From: an uncultured Acidobacteriota bacterium
Lineage (GTDB): Bacteria > Acidobacteriota > JAQAZP01
Assembly (NCBI GenBank): GCA_963836075.1
Contig: CAWIIB010000001.1
Location: 896,001-960,000 of the forward strand
Reading direction: 5' to 3'
Length of the DNA stretch: 64,000 nucleotides
Position 1 is the first letter of the stretch, and each line of letters begins with the position of its first letter. A program made the position numbers and the translations under genes. Below, piece after piece: positions 46,454 through 57,485 of this stretch. The notes under the pieces are model-generated. The model made no database searches. It was not told where the DNA came from and saw only the letters and a list, made by a program, of their open reading frames with translations.

Positions 46454-48101
46454 GGAGCAATTCCGGTCACGGTACAGCTGTCCGTGGAGGAATCGCCTGC
46501 CGGCGGGTAGGGCGGCTGGTTGTACGGCGCAGGAGTCACATCCAGCGCCAGCATCGTGAAGCGGGTGTCACCCACCAGGGTGGGCAACTCCGGAATAGTC
46601 TGGCTCCACGTGGTGACGAAACTCTCTCCGCCCTGAACATTCGCGTATCCCGCTCGCCAGTTGGAAACAGATCCGCCGCCGGCCAGCCGGATGTCGATAC
46701 GGGCCGCGATACGGCGTCGGTTGACCGATAAAAATGTTGGCCAGGTCCGCCTCCATGGAGACGGCGAAAGGCAGGGCACCGGCGGAGGGATTGCACTCCA
46801 ACCTCGTGGCCACCGAGACGGCTGGCAGATAATGATACCCCATGTTCACAATACTGCCATCCAGGCCTCGATCTGTTCGGGTGGTCAACTGGTCCAGACA
46901 GACCGTACCGCTGCCATCTTCATAGCAGACCAAACTGGCCGCTTGGCCCCCACTGTTGAGACAGGGGCTGTCCGCCGGCTGGCCGGCGGCCGTCTGACGA
47001 AAGATACCAGCTGCCAAGTGATCCGATAGAAAACAGTGGAGCAGCATCGATCATCCCCTCTCCCCAGTCGAGAATACCTCCGAGAAGTATGGACTGCCGC
47101 CGCTCCACCGTCGACGTTCGTAAAGTTCAGCTGCAGAGTCGATGGTCCGAGAGAGAGTGCGCCCACGTGACACTGGTCTCCGAAATTCAGCCTCGTTGCC
47201 CCGGATGATCGAATTTTCCACCACCACGGTGGAGAAAGGGCCGGCGGAGCCACCAAGTTGAGGCGGTTCGACACAGAGTCCACCGCCATACTCATTGGCA
47301 TCAGAAGACATCGACTCTGTTCGCGGTGATGGTGCAGTTGACGATGGTGACCGTCGATCCTTGGAGCAGTGGATGCCACCGCCTCCAGAGGGAGGTGGGT
47401 CGGTGAAACCGTATCCCTGGATACTGTTTCCAGTAATCAGATTGTTCATCAGCAGCATGGAGCACCCCAGGGCAGAGACTCCGCCGCCTATCCCCCCGCT
47501 GATATTGTCGCTGATGGTGTTGCCGCTGATTTCCGGCGATCCAGAGGTGCAGCAGATTCCGGCCCCGGCGCCGACAGTGTCCGGGTGATCCACTGCCAGG
47601 TTGCCAATGATCAGGTTCCCGTTGATCAGCGGACTTCCCTCATGAATATCGATTCCCGCCCCGAATAGGCCCTGTTGGCGGTGATCACATTGCCCAGGAT
47701 TGACGGTGAAGCTTCGAATACACGCCACCCCCCCGCCATTCCCGTAGAGTACCCATGTCCCCACCACGGATTGTGAACCCCTGGAGGACCGAGTCCCGTC
47801 CCTCACCGTTTTGAAAAATGAACCCCCGGCGCTGCTCCATCTCACTGCCCTGGCAGTCTATAATGCAGTTGTCAGGGCCGTATTCCGACCGGACGGTGAT
47901 CGCCTTGCCCAGAAAGTCGACGTCCCGGTTGCCGGGACCGGTGTAAAGACCGTCAGCCACCAGCACTTCATCGCCCGCCGCGGCTGCATCAATCCCGGCC
48001 TGGATCGTGGGTTGGTCGCTGGGGACGTGGATCACGGCTGCCGGAGAGGATCCGGCGATGAGAAGGAGAAGCAGGATCAAGGTCGCAAGATATCTGTTCA
48101 T
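46450..48101 (-). pseudogene. Multiply frameshifted paralog of the 48116-49804 secreted beta-helix protein
   Basis: Homologous fragments spread over at least 6 ORF-track entries: MNRYLATL.., GGGIHCS, PPQL..VENSII, WGEGMIDA, DGSIVNMGYHY, WRAGY..YNQPPY. Confidence 0.75.
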
Positions 48102-48115
48102 TACAATGCCCCCCA

Positions 48116-49804
48116 TCAATTCCTGGCAGTTGCAGTATACGGGGCGTCCCCGGTGACCGCACAGCTGTGGGCCATGGTATCGCCGGAAGCGGCATAAGGC
48201 GGCTGGTTGTAGGGCGCCGATGTCACATCCGCCACCACTATGGTGAACACATTTTCGCCGACCAGAGTGGGCAGCGCAGGAATGTTCTGGACCCAGGATG
48301 TTGTGTAGCTCTGCCCGCCGGCAACGTTTGTATACCCCGCCCGCCAGTTGGCCACTGAACCGCCGGAAGCCGGCAGGACATCGATCCGGCCGGCCAGGCG
48401 GCGCGGCTGGTCGGCCACCCGGTTGTCCAGACTCACCGCCATTGAAATGAGGAATGGAAGGACACCGCCGGCGGGAGTGCATTGGAGCCTCGCCCCCACC
48501 GTCCCGCCGGACATGTAGTGAAAACCCATGTCCACGACACCGCCATCCCGAACCTGGTCGGTGCGGGTGCCCAACTGGTCCAGGCAGACCGTGCCGCTGG
48601 CATCGTCGTGGCAGATCGTTCCGGCAGCAGCGTTGCCGCTGTCGAGGCAGGGGCTGTCCGCGGCCTGGCCGGCGGCGACCTGTTGGAGATACCAGTCGCC
48701 AAGCGGTCCGGCGGCAAAGAGCGGATCCGCGTCGATCATACCCGGACCCCAGATGAGGCTTCCGTGAACCAGCACCTCGGCTTCGCCGCCGTCCAGGTCC
48801 GAATGTTCTAGAGAGAGGACCGCCGGTCCTTCAGCGGTGTTTCCGACATAGCACTGTGCGCCGAAATCGGCCGAGTTGCCGAAGATGATCGAATTCTCCA
48901 CGGTGACCGTCGTGGGGCCGTGGTTGATCTCAAATTGCGGCGGTTTGATACTCATCCCTCCGCCATGCCCGTACTGCGAATAGAAATCGATGACCTGGTT
49001 CATGGCGATGGTGCAGTTGATGATCGTCACCGCACCGTTGGCGACATCGCAACCCACACCCCCGCCGTTGGCGGCAATGGTCAGCCCGACGTCCAGCTCC
49101 ACCCGGTTCCCCACGATGAGATTGTTCGCCAGGAGGATGTGATCGTTCCCGAAACAGGCGATGCCCCCGGCCATGGCGCCGCTGAAGTTGTCGCTGATGA
49201 TGTTGCCGACGACCTCCGCCGTTCCGATGCAGGAAATACCACCGCCGACGCCGGTGGGATCGTTGTGCGCCAGGGCCACATTGCCACTGATGATATTCCC
49301 GGCAACCAGTGAAGAGCCGCCGACCACGAGCCCTGCACCCCACCAGGCCCGATTGGCAGTGATCACGTTATCCAGAATCGAGGGGGAAGCCCCGCCCGTG
49401 GCATAGACTCCCCCGCCGTATCCGTATACCCCCATGTCACCGTTGCGGATGGTAAACCCCTGGAGTACGGAATCCCGGCCCTCTCCGCTCTGGAACACGA
49501 AACCGCGGTGCTGCTTGGTCTGGGAGCCCCCGCAATCGACGATGCAGTTGTCCGGGCCGTATTCCGACCGGACAGTGATCGCCTTGCCGAGAAAGTCCAC
49601 GTCCCGGTTGCCGGGACCGGTGAACAGGCCGTCGGCCACCAGCACCGTGTCACCGTTCACCGCGGCATCAATGCCGGCCTGGATGGTGGGCTGGGCGGCG
49701 GGAACATGGATCACGGAGGCCGCCGTCGGAACTGCATTGAACAGGACGACAATACCAAAGAAACTGAGGAAACATCCGTAGCGGAGCAGATTCCGAATTG
49801 ACAT
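48116..49804 (-). CDS. Secreted right-handed beta-helix protein with unrecognised ~125-aa C-terminal domain
   Basis: Signal peptide, same N-module as 43751, beta-helix repeats, DMGFHY hinge. Confidence 0.85.
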   Translation of the reverse strand: MSIRNLLRYGCFLSFFGIVVLFNAVPTAASVIHVPAAQPTIQAGIDAAVNGDTVLVADGLFTGPGNRDVDFLGKAITVRSEYGPDNCIVDCGGSQTKQHRGFVFQSGEGRDSVLQGFTIRNGDMGVYGYGGGVYATGGASPSILDNVITANRAWWGAGLVVGGSSLVAGNIISGNVALAHNDPTGVGGGISCIGTAEVVGNIISDNFSGAMAGGIACFGNDHILLANNLIVGNRVELDVGLTIAANGGGVGCDVANGAVTIINCTIAMNQVIDFYSQYGHGGGMSIKPPQFEINHGPTTVTVENSIIFGNSADFGAQCYVGNTAEGPAVLSLEHSDLDGGEAEVLVHGSLIWGPGMIDADPLFAAGPLGDWYLQQVAAGQAADSPCLDSGNAAAGTICHDDASGTVCLDQLGTRTDQVRDGGVVDMGFHYMSGGTVGARLQCTPAGGVLPFLISMAVSLDNRVADQPRRLAGRIDVLPASGGSVANWRAGYTNVAGGQSYTTSWVQNIPALPTLVGENVFTIVVADVTSAPYNQPPYAASGDTMAHSCAVTGDAPYTATARN

Positions 49805-49980
49805 TTCATCCTCGTCAGTTGTGGCCTAACCTATGGAGAGGAATGAACCCTGACTTCCCCGATGATGAACTACTTCTATGATATAGGGAATTCACGCGGA
49901 TAAGGCAAGCCCACCGCGAGTCGCTGGGATATAATCGTCCGCAGTTCCGCAAGCACTGCTCGAGATGGATGGAGTTCACC

Positions 49981-52591
49981 ATGGGTATGGACATGAGATG
50001 GGGCATCGCGCTGCTGGCTGCCGTGATTCTTTGCCTGGCCGCCCCGGCGGATGCCGGACAAGGGCATGATCGGGGATTACTGGGCTTGATCGAGCAGCAG
50101 CTCGGTGATGGTTCAGTCGACCACAGCACGGCCCTGCGCTGGAAGATCCTCTGGTTCAAGCGGCCTGATCTGCTGCCGCAGATGCTGAAGGACGCCGGCC
50201 CCACCGCCATCGGTTGCGCCACCCCGGTGGTGCTGGAGATCATTCGCAACTTCCACCGCCTCTCCCCTGCCGACCTGGACTGGCTGCGGGACCTGGCCGG
50301 GATTCGTGACCTGGCCGGAGTGCTGGAGCGGCCGCCCTTTGCCCACACCATCCAGTCGGCACTCTACCCGCTCCGTGTGCACTACGAAACACCGGGCCAG
50401 GAGGCGACGGCACAGATGACCCTCCAGGTCTATGAGGAATCGTGGCAGCGGGAGTGCGACGAGATCGGCTTTTTCGAACCGCCGCCCGACTACGGCATGG
50501 AAGGGAGCGACGACCTCGACGTCTACATCTCGGACCAGGTACCCGCCGGCGCCTGGGGCTACACCGGCCACGAGCATGAGGTGAAGGAGACCTGGTGGTA
50601 TGACTACACCTCCTATATCGTGCACAGCAGCGACCTGACCTCGCACTACACCATCGCCATGACCGGCTCCCACGAGTTCAACCACGCCTGCCAGGCGGCC
50701 ATGGCGGCGGAAGAGCCGGCCGCCTTCTGGGAGAACAGCGGCCCAGTGGGCCATCCCCCACGTCTACCCCGAATACAGCGAGCAGACCTGGGCCGCCACT
50801 TCGGGGTTCCAGCTGGAGCCCTGGCGGGCGGTGAGCGACTACGTGGCAGGCGCGATCTACCAGTACGGCGGCCTGATGTGGCCCGAGTATCTGGAGGACC
50901 GCTTCAACGGCTGGGATCCGGACCTGGTGCGCGACGCCTGGGACTGGTGCCGTGACGGTCCGGGGGATGGCTACAACCACGACTATTTCTCGGCCTTTGT
51001 CCAGATCGCCGAGACCTTCGAGCCCGGCGGACCGTCGGGCACGGGCTGGACCATCGCCGACGTGATCATGGACTTCTCCCAGTGGCGCTGGTTCTGCGGC
51101 CCCGAGCTGGACGACGGCCTGCACTTCACCCACGGCGCCGGCTTCGCGCCGGTGAACGTGGAACCGTCCCAGCGCCACACCTCCCTGCCCGCGGCCGGCC
51201 CGCCCCAACTGCCCACCCCGCCGCAGCTCTTCGGGGTCAACTACGTGCGTCTCGACGAAGCGTTGTCCGGAGCACAGCCACTGACCGTCTTTCTCCACGC
51301 CGAACCGAAGCACTTCTCCAGCGACCTGCGGTGGAAGGTGGGCGTGCTGCAGCAGGAACTGGGCGGTGTGTCCCACTACACGGTGCACGACGTGCCCCAG
51401 GAGAGCTATGCCCTCTGGCTGGAGATCGATCCCGGAGAGAGCACCGACCGGCTGGCCCTGGTGGTGGGCAACATGGCCACCGCCACCGCGGGCCCCGGCT
51501 CGAGCTATGCCACCAGGGACTACCTCTACATGGTCTGGCCGGGGACCGACCCGCCGCGCTCGACAATCTTTGCCGCCCCGGGCCCGGGGCCGGAGAACAG
51601 TCCCCTGTTCAAGGGTGTGCTCACCGCGGACACGGCGGTGGAATGCTGCCTGCGCGAGCACGAAACGGCCAACAGCTTTGGCCTGCGCATCGCCACCGGC
51701 GACGTGGACGGCGACGGGGTGGAGGAGGTGATCTGCGGCAGCGGTCCCGACCCCTCTGCGGCGCCGCTGTTCCGGGTCTACGAAGTCAACGGCCGCCCGT
51801 TGAACGGTGCCGAGGCAGTGGCCTACGGCGTCTCAGCCTTCGGCGTCAACGTGACCGCCGGCGACCTGGATGGCGACGGCTATGCTGAAATCGTCACCGG
51901 CGCCGGCCCGGGCGCCGTGTTCGGCCCCCACGTCCGCGGCTGGAACCTGGACGGCGCAGGCGCTGCGTCCATACCCGGGGTCAACTTCTTCGCCTACGGT
52001 ACCAACAAGTGGGGCGTCAACGTGGCCGCCGGCGACATCGATGGCGACGGGTTCGACGAGATCATCACCGGCGCCGGCCCGGGTGCGGTGTTCGGATCGC
52101 ACGTCCGGGGGTGGAACGTGGACGGCGGCGCGGCAACAGCCATCCCGCAGATCAACTACTTCGCCTACGGCACCCCGCGCTGGGGGGTCAACGTGGCCTG
52201 CGGCGACCTGGACGGCGACGGCATGGACGAGATCATCACCGGCGCCGGACCGGGGACGGTCTACGGGCCGCACGTCCGGGGCTGGAACTGGGACGGCTCG
52301 GCGCTCACTCCCCTGCCCGGTCTGAGTTTCATGGCCTACGGCACCCTGCAGTATGGGGTCAACGTGGCCGCCGGCGACCTGGACGAGGACGGTGTGGCCG
52401 AAATTCTCACCGGCCCCGGTCCCGGACCTCTTTTCGGCGCCCATGTCCGCGGATTCGACTATGACGCCGCACAGGGCCTGGTGACCCCGCTCACCGAGAT
52501 CAACTTCTTCGCCTTCCCACCCGGGGGCGGCGAGGCTTCCGGTTACGGGTGCAGTGTGGCCGTGGCCGACCTGATGACCGGTCCTGTCTGA
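49981..52591 (+). CDS. Secreted HEXXH metallopeptidase-like protein + FG-GAP-like repeats, +1 frameshift at ~50740
   Basis: Signal peptide; HEFNHACQ..FWEN(S)AQW after removing one G; 5 GDxDxDG loops. Confidence 0.8.
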
Positions 52592-52633
52592 CCGTAGTGC
52601 CTTCCTTTGACAGAGGCGTCCCTGAATCAGTGC

Positions 52634-52662
52634 TTGACCGATCTGGGCCAATTGCCTATATT
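52634..52662 (+). promoter_or_regulatory. sigma70 promoter of TA operon
   Basis: TTGACC-N17-TATATT. Confidence 0.55.
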
Positions 52663-52695
52663 GATAGTGTCATTTGTCCACAAAGGAGGATCATC

Positions 52696-53127
52696 ATGAC
52701 CGCTCTGGTTGAAACCGTGGGCCGGTTGCTGGGACTGCAGAACCGGCTCTCCAACCGTCTGGACCTGGCCCGGTTGATTCGGGACGGCCTGCCCCACGGG
52801 GCGGTGGAACGGGTCAAGGATCTGCTGGATCTGAGCGACCGCGAACTGGCCGCGGCCATGGGGGTGAGCCAGAAAACGGTGAGCCGATTGCGCAAGAGCG
52901 GCGCCTCCCGGTTGGGCCCGGTGGCCGGAGACCGGCTTTACCGCATGGCCCGCCTCTATGCCCTGGCCCGCCAGGTCACCGGCGGCGAAGAGCCGGCCCG
53001 GCAGTGGCTCCGCTCGCCGCAGTTCGGCCTGGCCGGCCAGACCCCGCTGGAGTCGATGCTCACCGAGGCCGGGGCCCGCGAGGTGGAAGACCTCCTCGGC
53101 CGGATAGAACACGGGGTTCTGGCGTGA
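52696..53127 (+). CDS. Type II antitoxin, Xre/MbcA/ParS family
   Basis: IRDGLP, HTH, DRLYR, WLRSP..GL.G.TPL, V..LLGRIEHGV; AGGAGG RBS. Confidence 0.9.
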   Translation: MTALVETVGRLLGLQNRLSNRLDLARLIRDGLPHGAVERVKDLLDLSDRELAAAMGVSQKTVSRLRKSGASRLGPVAGDRLYRMARLYALARQVTGGEEPARQWLRSPQFGLAGQTPLESMLTEAGAREVEDLLGRIEHGVLA

Positions 53128-53588
53128 CCACGGTGTGGCGCATCGTCAAGAAGAACCAGGCGGGTGAAGCGTTCAGCGGCAAGGGGGCCCGGCTCTTCGG
53201 CGGCCGCTGGAACCTCAGGGGCGCTGCGGTGGTCTATACCGCCGACACCCTTTCCCTGGCCGCCCTGGAGTATTTCGTGCACCTCGGCCCGGCCATGGCC
53301 GGAGTGGAACTGGTCAGTTTCCGGGCCGAGATCCCCAAACGGGTGACCATTGAGGAACTGGCCGTGGCAACGCTTCCCGCCGGGTGGCGTGAAGAGCCTC
53401 CCCCCACCTTCACCCGGCAGCTGGGCAGCGACTGGGCTGCCGGCGGCGCCACGGCGGTACTCCGGGTGCCTTCGGCCCTGATCCCGGCAGAGCACAACTT
53501 CATCCTCAACCCCGAACACCCCGATTTCCCGAAGATCAAGACCACCGGGCCCGACACCTTCCGCTTCGACTCGCGGATGTGGAAGTGA
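53124..53588 (+). CDS. RES domain toxin (NAD+ phosphorylase family)
   Basis: WRI, FSGKGA..GGRWN, LAALE, VPSA, NFILNP.HPDF; GTGA overlap with antitoxin. Confidence 0.92.
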   Translation: MTTVWRIVKKNQAGEAFSGKGARLFGGRWNLRGAAVVYTADTLSLAALEYFVHLGPAMAGVELVSFRAEIPKRVTIEELAVATLPAGWREEPPPTFTRQLGSDWAAGGATAVLRVPSALIPAEHNFILNPEHPDFPKIKTTGPDTFRFDSRMWK

Positions 53589-53772
53589 AAAAAAAAGTGA
53601 TTCCCCTTGTATTTTGCCTGTCCTGGCTGTAAATTGAAATCAACTGTTAGTTGATTGGCGGACCGCATCCATACCGGTCGATTAATTTCCAGTTTTAAGT
53701 CCTGCTATTAGAAGAAATACCAGCGGTCTGCCCAAATGCCATCGCGGAGTTATCCGCATCTGGAGGTCTGCC

Positions 53773-56700
53773 ATGAGAGGTGAGGACCGGCCCGTTGGGC
53801 CCTGCCGCCTGATCCTGTTCACCATCCTGCTCTCCCTGACCGCCATCGCCGGCTCCGCCGGCGAGCTGGTACTGGAATACGATTTTGCCAAGCCCCTGCT
53901 GACCCGCATCGAAGCGGGCGGCACGGTGTTTGACCGGGTGACCATCCCCGGCTGCACCAGCGGCGGTATCGCCGGTGAGCCGGCCCTGCCGGCCATGGGG
54001 GCCGAGATCCTGCTGCCCATGGGCGCCGAAGCGCTGGGTGTGGAGGTGATCCCGGGCAAGGGCATCCTGCTGGGCAGCGGGTTCCTGGTGGAACCGGTGG
54101 CACAGCCGGTGAAACTTTCCGCCGCTCCCGGATCGGCGCTTCCCCCAACCCCGGACAAGGCCATCTACCGCTCGACCCTCCCCTTCCCCGCATCCAGCGT
54201 GGAGGAGATGGGGACCCACAATTTCCGCGGCTACCCGATCCTGGTGCTGCGGCTGATGCCGGTCCAGTATCTGCCGGCCACCGGCGACCTGGTCTGGTTT
54301 CCCCAAATGAAAGTGGTGGTCCGGACGGCTGAATCCCGCTCGCTCTCGCCGCTCTTTCGTGGGCTGCCCGGGGACGAAGCTACGGTGCTGGCCCGGGTGG
54401 ACAACCCGGAAGCAGTTGCCAGTTACGCCGGCGCCGGACAACGGGACGGCCGGGCATACCAGCTGCTGATCCTGACCACCGACGGTCTCGCCTCGTCCTT
54501 CACCGCGCTGAAGAACTACCATGACGCCCGCGGCATCCCCACCGAGATCCACACCACAACACAGGTGGGCTCCAGCGACCCGGGTGACGTGCGTGACTAC
54601 ATCCGCCAGCGCTACCAGGGCGACGGCATCGAGTATGTGCTGATCGGCGGGGACGACGACCTGATCCCGGCCCGCGACCTCTACGTGGACGGCGAGTCCG
54701 CCATGCCGGGGGACATCTACTTCGCCTGTCTCGACGGCACCTGGAACGACGATGGCGACGGCCGCTACGGCGAGCCGAACGACGGTCCGGGCGGCAGCGA
54801 CGTCGACCTGGTGGCCGAGGTCTACGTGGGCCGCTGCGCGGCGGGCAACACCACCGAGGCCAACCGCTTCGTGGACAAGACCCTCTGGTATCTGAACAGC
54901 GAACACAGCCGTCCGGAGCAGGTGCTGCTGGTGGGCGAGTACCTCGGTTTCGGCGGCCCCTCCGAGTATGCCGCGGCCACCATGGAGGAACTGGTGGACA
55001 GCTGCGACACCCACGGCTACAGCACCACCGGCATCCCCAGCACCGAGTTCACCATCGGGGAAATGTTCGAGCGGGACGGCGACTGGAGCCGCTCCGACCT
55101 GGCCGCCAGCATCAATGACGGCCTGCACATCCTCAACCACCTGGGCCACGGCAGCCCGGACTACGCAATGAAGTTCTACAACGGCGACGTCCTCTCCTAC
55201 CTCGACAACGAGGACCTCTGCTTCGTCTACTCCCAGACCTGCCTGGCCGGGCACTTCGACGACTTCGACTGCTGGGCCGAGCACATGAACATCAAGACCG
55301 ACGCCGGCGCCTTTGCCGTGGTGATGAACGCCAGATACGGCTACGGCCAGTACTCCTCCACCGACGGTCCCTCCCAGCGTTTCAACCGCGAGTTCTGGGA
55401 CGCGGTGTTCGCCGAAGGGATGCCGCAGATCAGCAAGGCCAACCAGGACTCCAAGGAAGACAATATCTACCGCATCAACGAGAGCTGCATGCGCTGGTGC
55501 ACCTACGAGCTGAACCTCTTCGGCGATCCCACCGTGGCCTTCTCCGGCGCCGAGGTCACCGGCCTCAGCGTCAGCCCGCGCACCGAACTGGAATCCGAGG
55601 GGATGGCCGGCGGCCCGTTCAGTCCCGTGAGCATCACCTACACCCTGGAGAACATGAACGCCACCGGCATCGACTACACCGTCTCCCGGACCCAGCCCTG
55701 GGTCAGCCTCTCCAGCAGTTCGGGCCACCTGGCCGCCGGGGCCAGCGCCACGGTGACCGTCTCGATCAACGAGTACGCCGCCACCCTGACCAACGGCCTC
55801 TACAGCGACACGGTGAGCTTCGTCAACACCACCGACCACGATGGCGACACCACCCGCGGGGTCAACCTCCAGGTGGGGGTCCCCACCATGCAGTACAGCT
55901 GGAACCTGGACAGCGACCCCGGCTGGGAGATGGAGGGCGGTAGCAGCGGCTGGGCTTATGGCCAGCCCGCCGGCGGGGGCGGCGTGGAATACGGCAACCC
56001 CGACCCCACGTCGGGTCATACCGGCGCCAAGGTGCTGGGCTTCAACCTCGGCGGCGACTACCCGCCGGACATGGCCGAGCAGCACCTGACCTCGGGAGCC
56101 TTCGACTGCTCCGAGCTGACCCTGGTCACCGTGAAGTTCTGGCGTCACCTCAACGTGGAGACCAACAGCTACGACCACGCCTACGTGCGGGTGAGCAACG
56201 ACGGCAGCAGCTGGACCACGGTCTGGGAGAACAGCGGCGAGATCACCGACGGCGCATGGTCCCAGGTGGAACACGACATCTCCTCGGTGGCCGACGGCCA
56301 GTCCACGGTCTACCTGCGCTGGACCATGGGGACCACCGACGGCGGCTGGGAATACTCCGGCTGGAACGTGGACGACATCGAGGTCTTCGGCCTCACCGGC
56401 TCCGGTGGAACGACCACCTCCCCGGTGATCATCACCGGTCCCGGCGAGGGTCCGGACAACGTCACCGACGTCCACGGCTACCTCGTCTTCGACACCACCA
56501 CCCCGGCCACGGTGATCAACGCCTACGGTGTTGACCGCTACGGGGTCAACGTGGCGGTGGGCAACTTCGATTCCGACATGGCCCACGAGATCATCACCGG
56601 GCCGGGACCGGGGGCGGTATTCGGGCCCCAGGTGCGGCTCTTCGACTTCAACGGCACGCCGCTTCCCGGATCCAGCATCATGGCCTACGGCACCAACAAA

Positions 56701-57420
56701 TACGGGGTCAACGTGGCCGGAGGCGACATCGACGGCGACGGCTACGGCGAAGTGGTCACCGGCGCCGGCCCCGGCACGGTCTTCGGCCCCCACGTGCGGG
56801 CCTTCAACTACGACAACCGCGGCACCATGACCCCGGTCTCCGGAGTCAGCTTCTTCGCCTACGGTGTCCCCAAGTGGGGCGTCAACGTGGCCTGCGGCGA
56901 TATCGACGGTGACGGGTTCCACGAGATCATCACCGGCGCCGGGCCCGGTGCGGTATACGGGCCCCACGTCCGCGGCTGGAACGTGGACGGCGGCGCCGCC
57001 ACGGCCATGCCCGGGGTGAGCTACCTGGCCTACAACACCCCGAAATACGGGGTCAACGTGGCCTGCGGCGATATCGACGGCGACGGCTGCTGCGAGATCC
57101 TCACCGGCGCCGGACCGGGCGTGATGTTCGGACCCCACGTCCGGGCCTGGAACTGCGACGGCAGCACCGTGTCGGCCATCGGGGCGATCAACTTCTTCGC
57201 CTTTGACGGGCTGCTCTGCGGCGTGGGCGTGGGCGCCGGCGACATCGACGGCGACGGCAGGGCCGAGCTGCTGGTGGGCGCCGGTCCCGACGAGGCCGCC
57301 CCGGCCATGGTGCGGGCCTACGATTTCGACGGCGGGTCGCTGACCATGTCCCTCGACTTCCAGGCCTACCCCTCGGACACCATCACCCACGGGGTGAATG
57401 TCGCCGCCGGGCAGTTCTGA
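53773..57420 (+). CDS. Secreted C25 (gingipain-like) cysteine peptidase: propeptide, catalytic, BACON-like, jelly-roll and FG-GAP-like domains
   Basis: GEPALP propeptide, EYVLIGGD, YVGR, NHLGHG (His), SQTCLAG (Cys), NLFGDP; 5 repeat loops. Confidence 0.88.
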   Translation: MRGEDRPVGPCRLILFTILLSLTAIAGSAGELVLEYDFAKPLLTRIEAGGTVFDRVTIPGCTSGGIAGEPALPAMGAEILLPMGAEALGVEVIPGKGILLGSGFLVEPVAQPVKLSAAPGSALPPTPDKAIYRSTLPFPASSVEEMGTHNFRGYPILVLRLMPVQYLPATGDLVWFPQMKVVVRTAESRSLSPLFRGLPGDEATVLARVDNPEAVASYAGAGQRDGRAYQLLILTTDGLASSFTALKNYHDARGIPTEIHTTTQVGSSDPGDVRDYIRQRYQGDGIEYVLIGGDDDLIPARDLYVDGESAMPGDIYFACLDGTWNDDGDGRYGEPNDGPGGSDVDLVAEVYVGRCAAGNTTEANRFVDKTLWYLNSEHSRPEQVLLVGEYLGFGGPSEYAAATMEELVDSCDTHGYSTTGIPSTEFTIGEMFERDGDWSRSDLAASINDGLHILNHLGHGSPDYAMKFYNGDVLSYLDNEDLCFVYSQTCLAGHFDDFDCWAEHMNIKTDAGAFAVVMNARYGYGQYSSTDGPSQRFNREFWDAVFAEGMPQISKANQDSKEDNIYRINESCMRWCTYELNLFGDPTVAFSGAEVTGLSVSPRTELESEGMAGGPFSPVSITYTLENMNATGIDYTVSRTQPWVSLSSSSGHLAAGASATVTVSINEYAATLTNGLYSDTVSFVNTTDHDGDTTRGVNLQVGVPTMQYSWNLDSDPGWEMEGGSSGWAYGQPAGGGGVEYGNPDPTSGHTGAKVLGFNLGGDYPPDMAEQHLTSGAFDCSELTLVTVKFWRHLNVETNSYDHAYVRVSNDGSSWTTVWENSGEITDGAWSQVEHDISSVADGQSTVYLRWTMGTTDGGWEYSGWNVDDIEVFGLTGSGGTTTSPVIITGPGEGPDNVTDVHGYLVFDTTTPATVINAYGVDRYGVNVAVGNFDSDMAHEIITGPGPGAVFGPQVRLFDFNGTPLPGSSIMAYGTNKYGVNVAGGDIDGDGYGEVVTGAGPGTVFGPHVRAFNYDNRGTMTPVSGVSFFAYGVPKWGVNVACGDIDGDGFHEIITGAGPGAVYGPHVRGWNVDGGAATAMPGVSYLAYNTPKYGVNVACGDIDGDGCCEILTGAGPGVMFGPHVRAWNCDGSTVSAIGAINFFAFDGLLCGVGVGAGDIDGDGRAELLVGAGPDEAAPAMVRAYDFDGGSLTMSLDFQAYPSDTITHGVNVAAGQF

Positions 57421-57452
57421 GCCGGGACATCGTCTGACAACCAGACCTCCAG

Positions 57453-57485
57453 AGGGGTTGCGGTAATAGCCGCAGCCCCTTTTTT
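57453..57485 (+). terminator. Intrinsic terminator
   Basis: AGGGGTTGCGGT-aata-GCCGCAGCCCCT followed by T-tract. Confidence 0.85.

Noticed and set aside
53695-57390. 1231-aa minus-strand ORF
   Set aside because: Antisense shadow of the C25 peptidase
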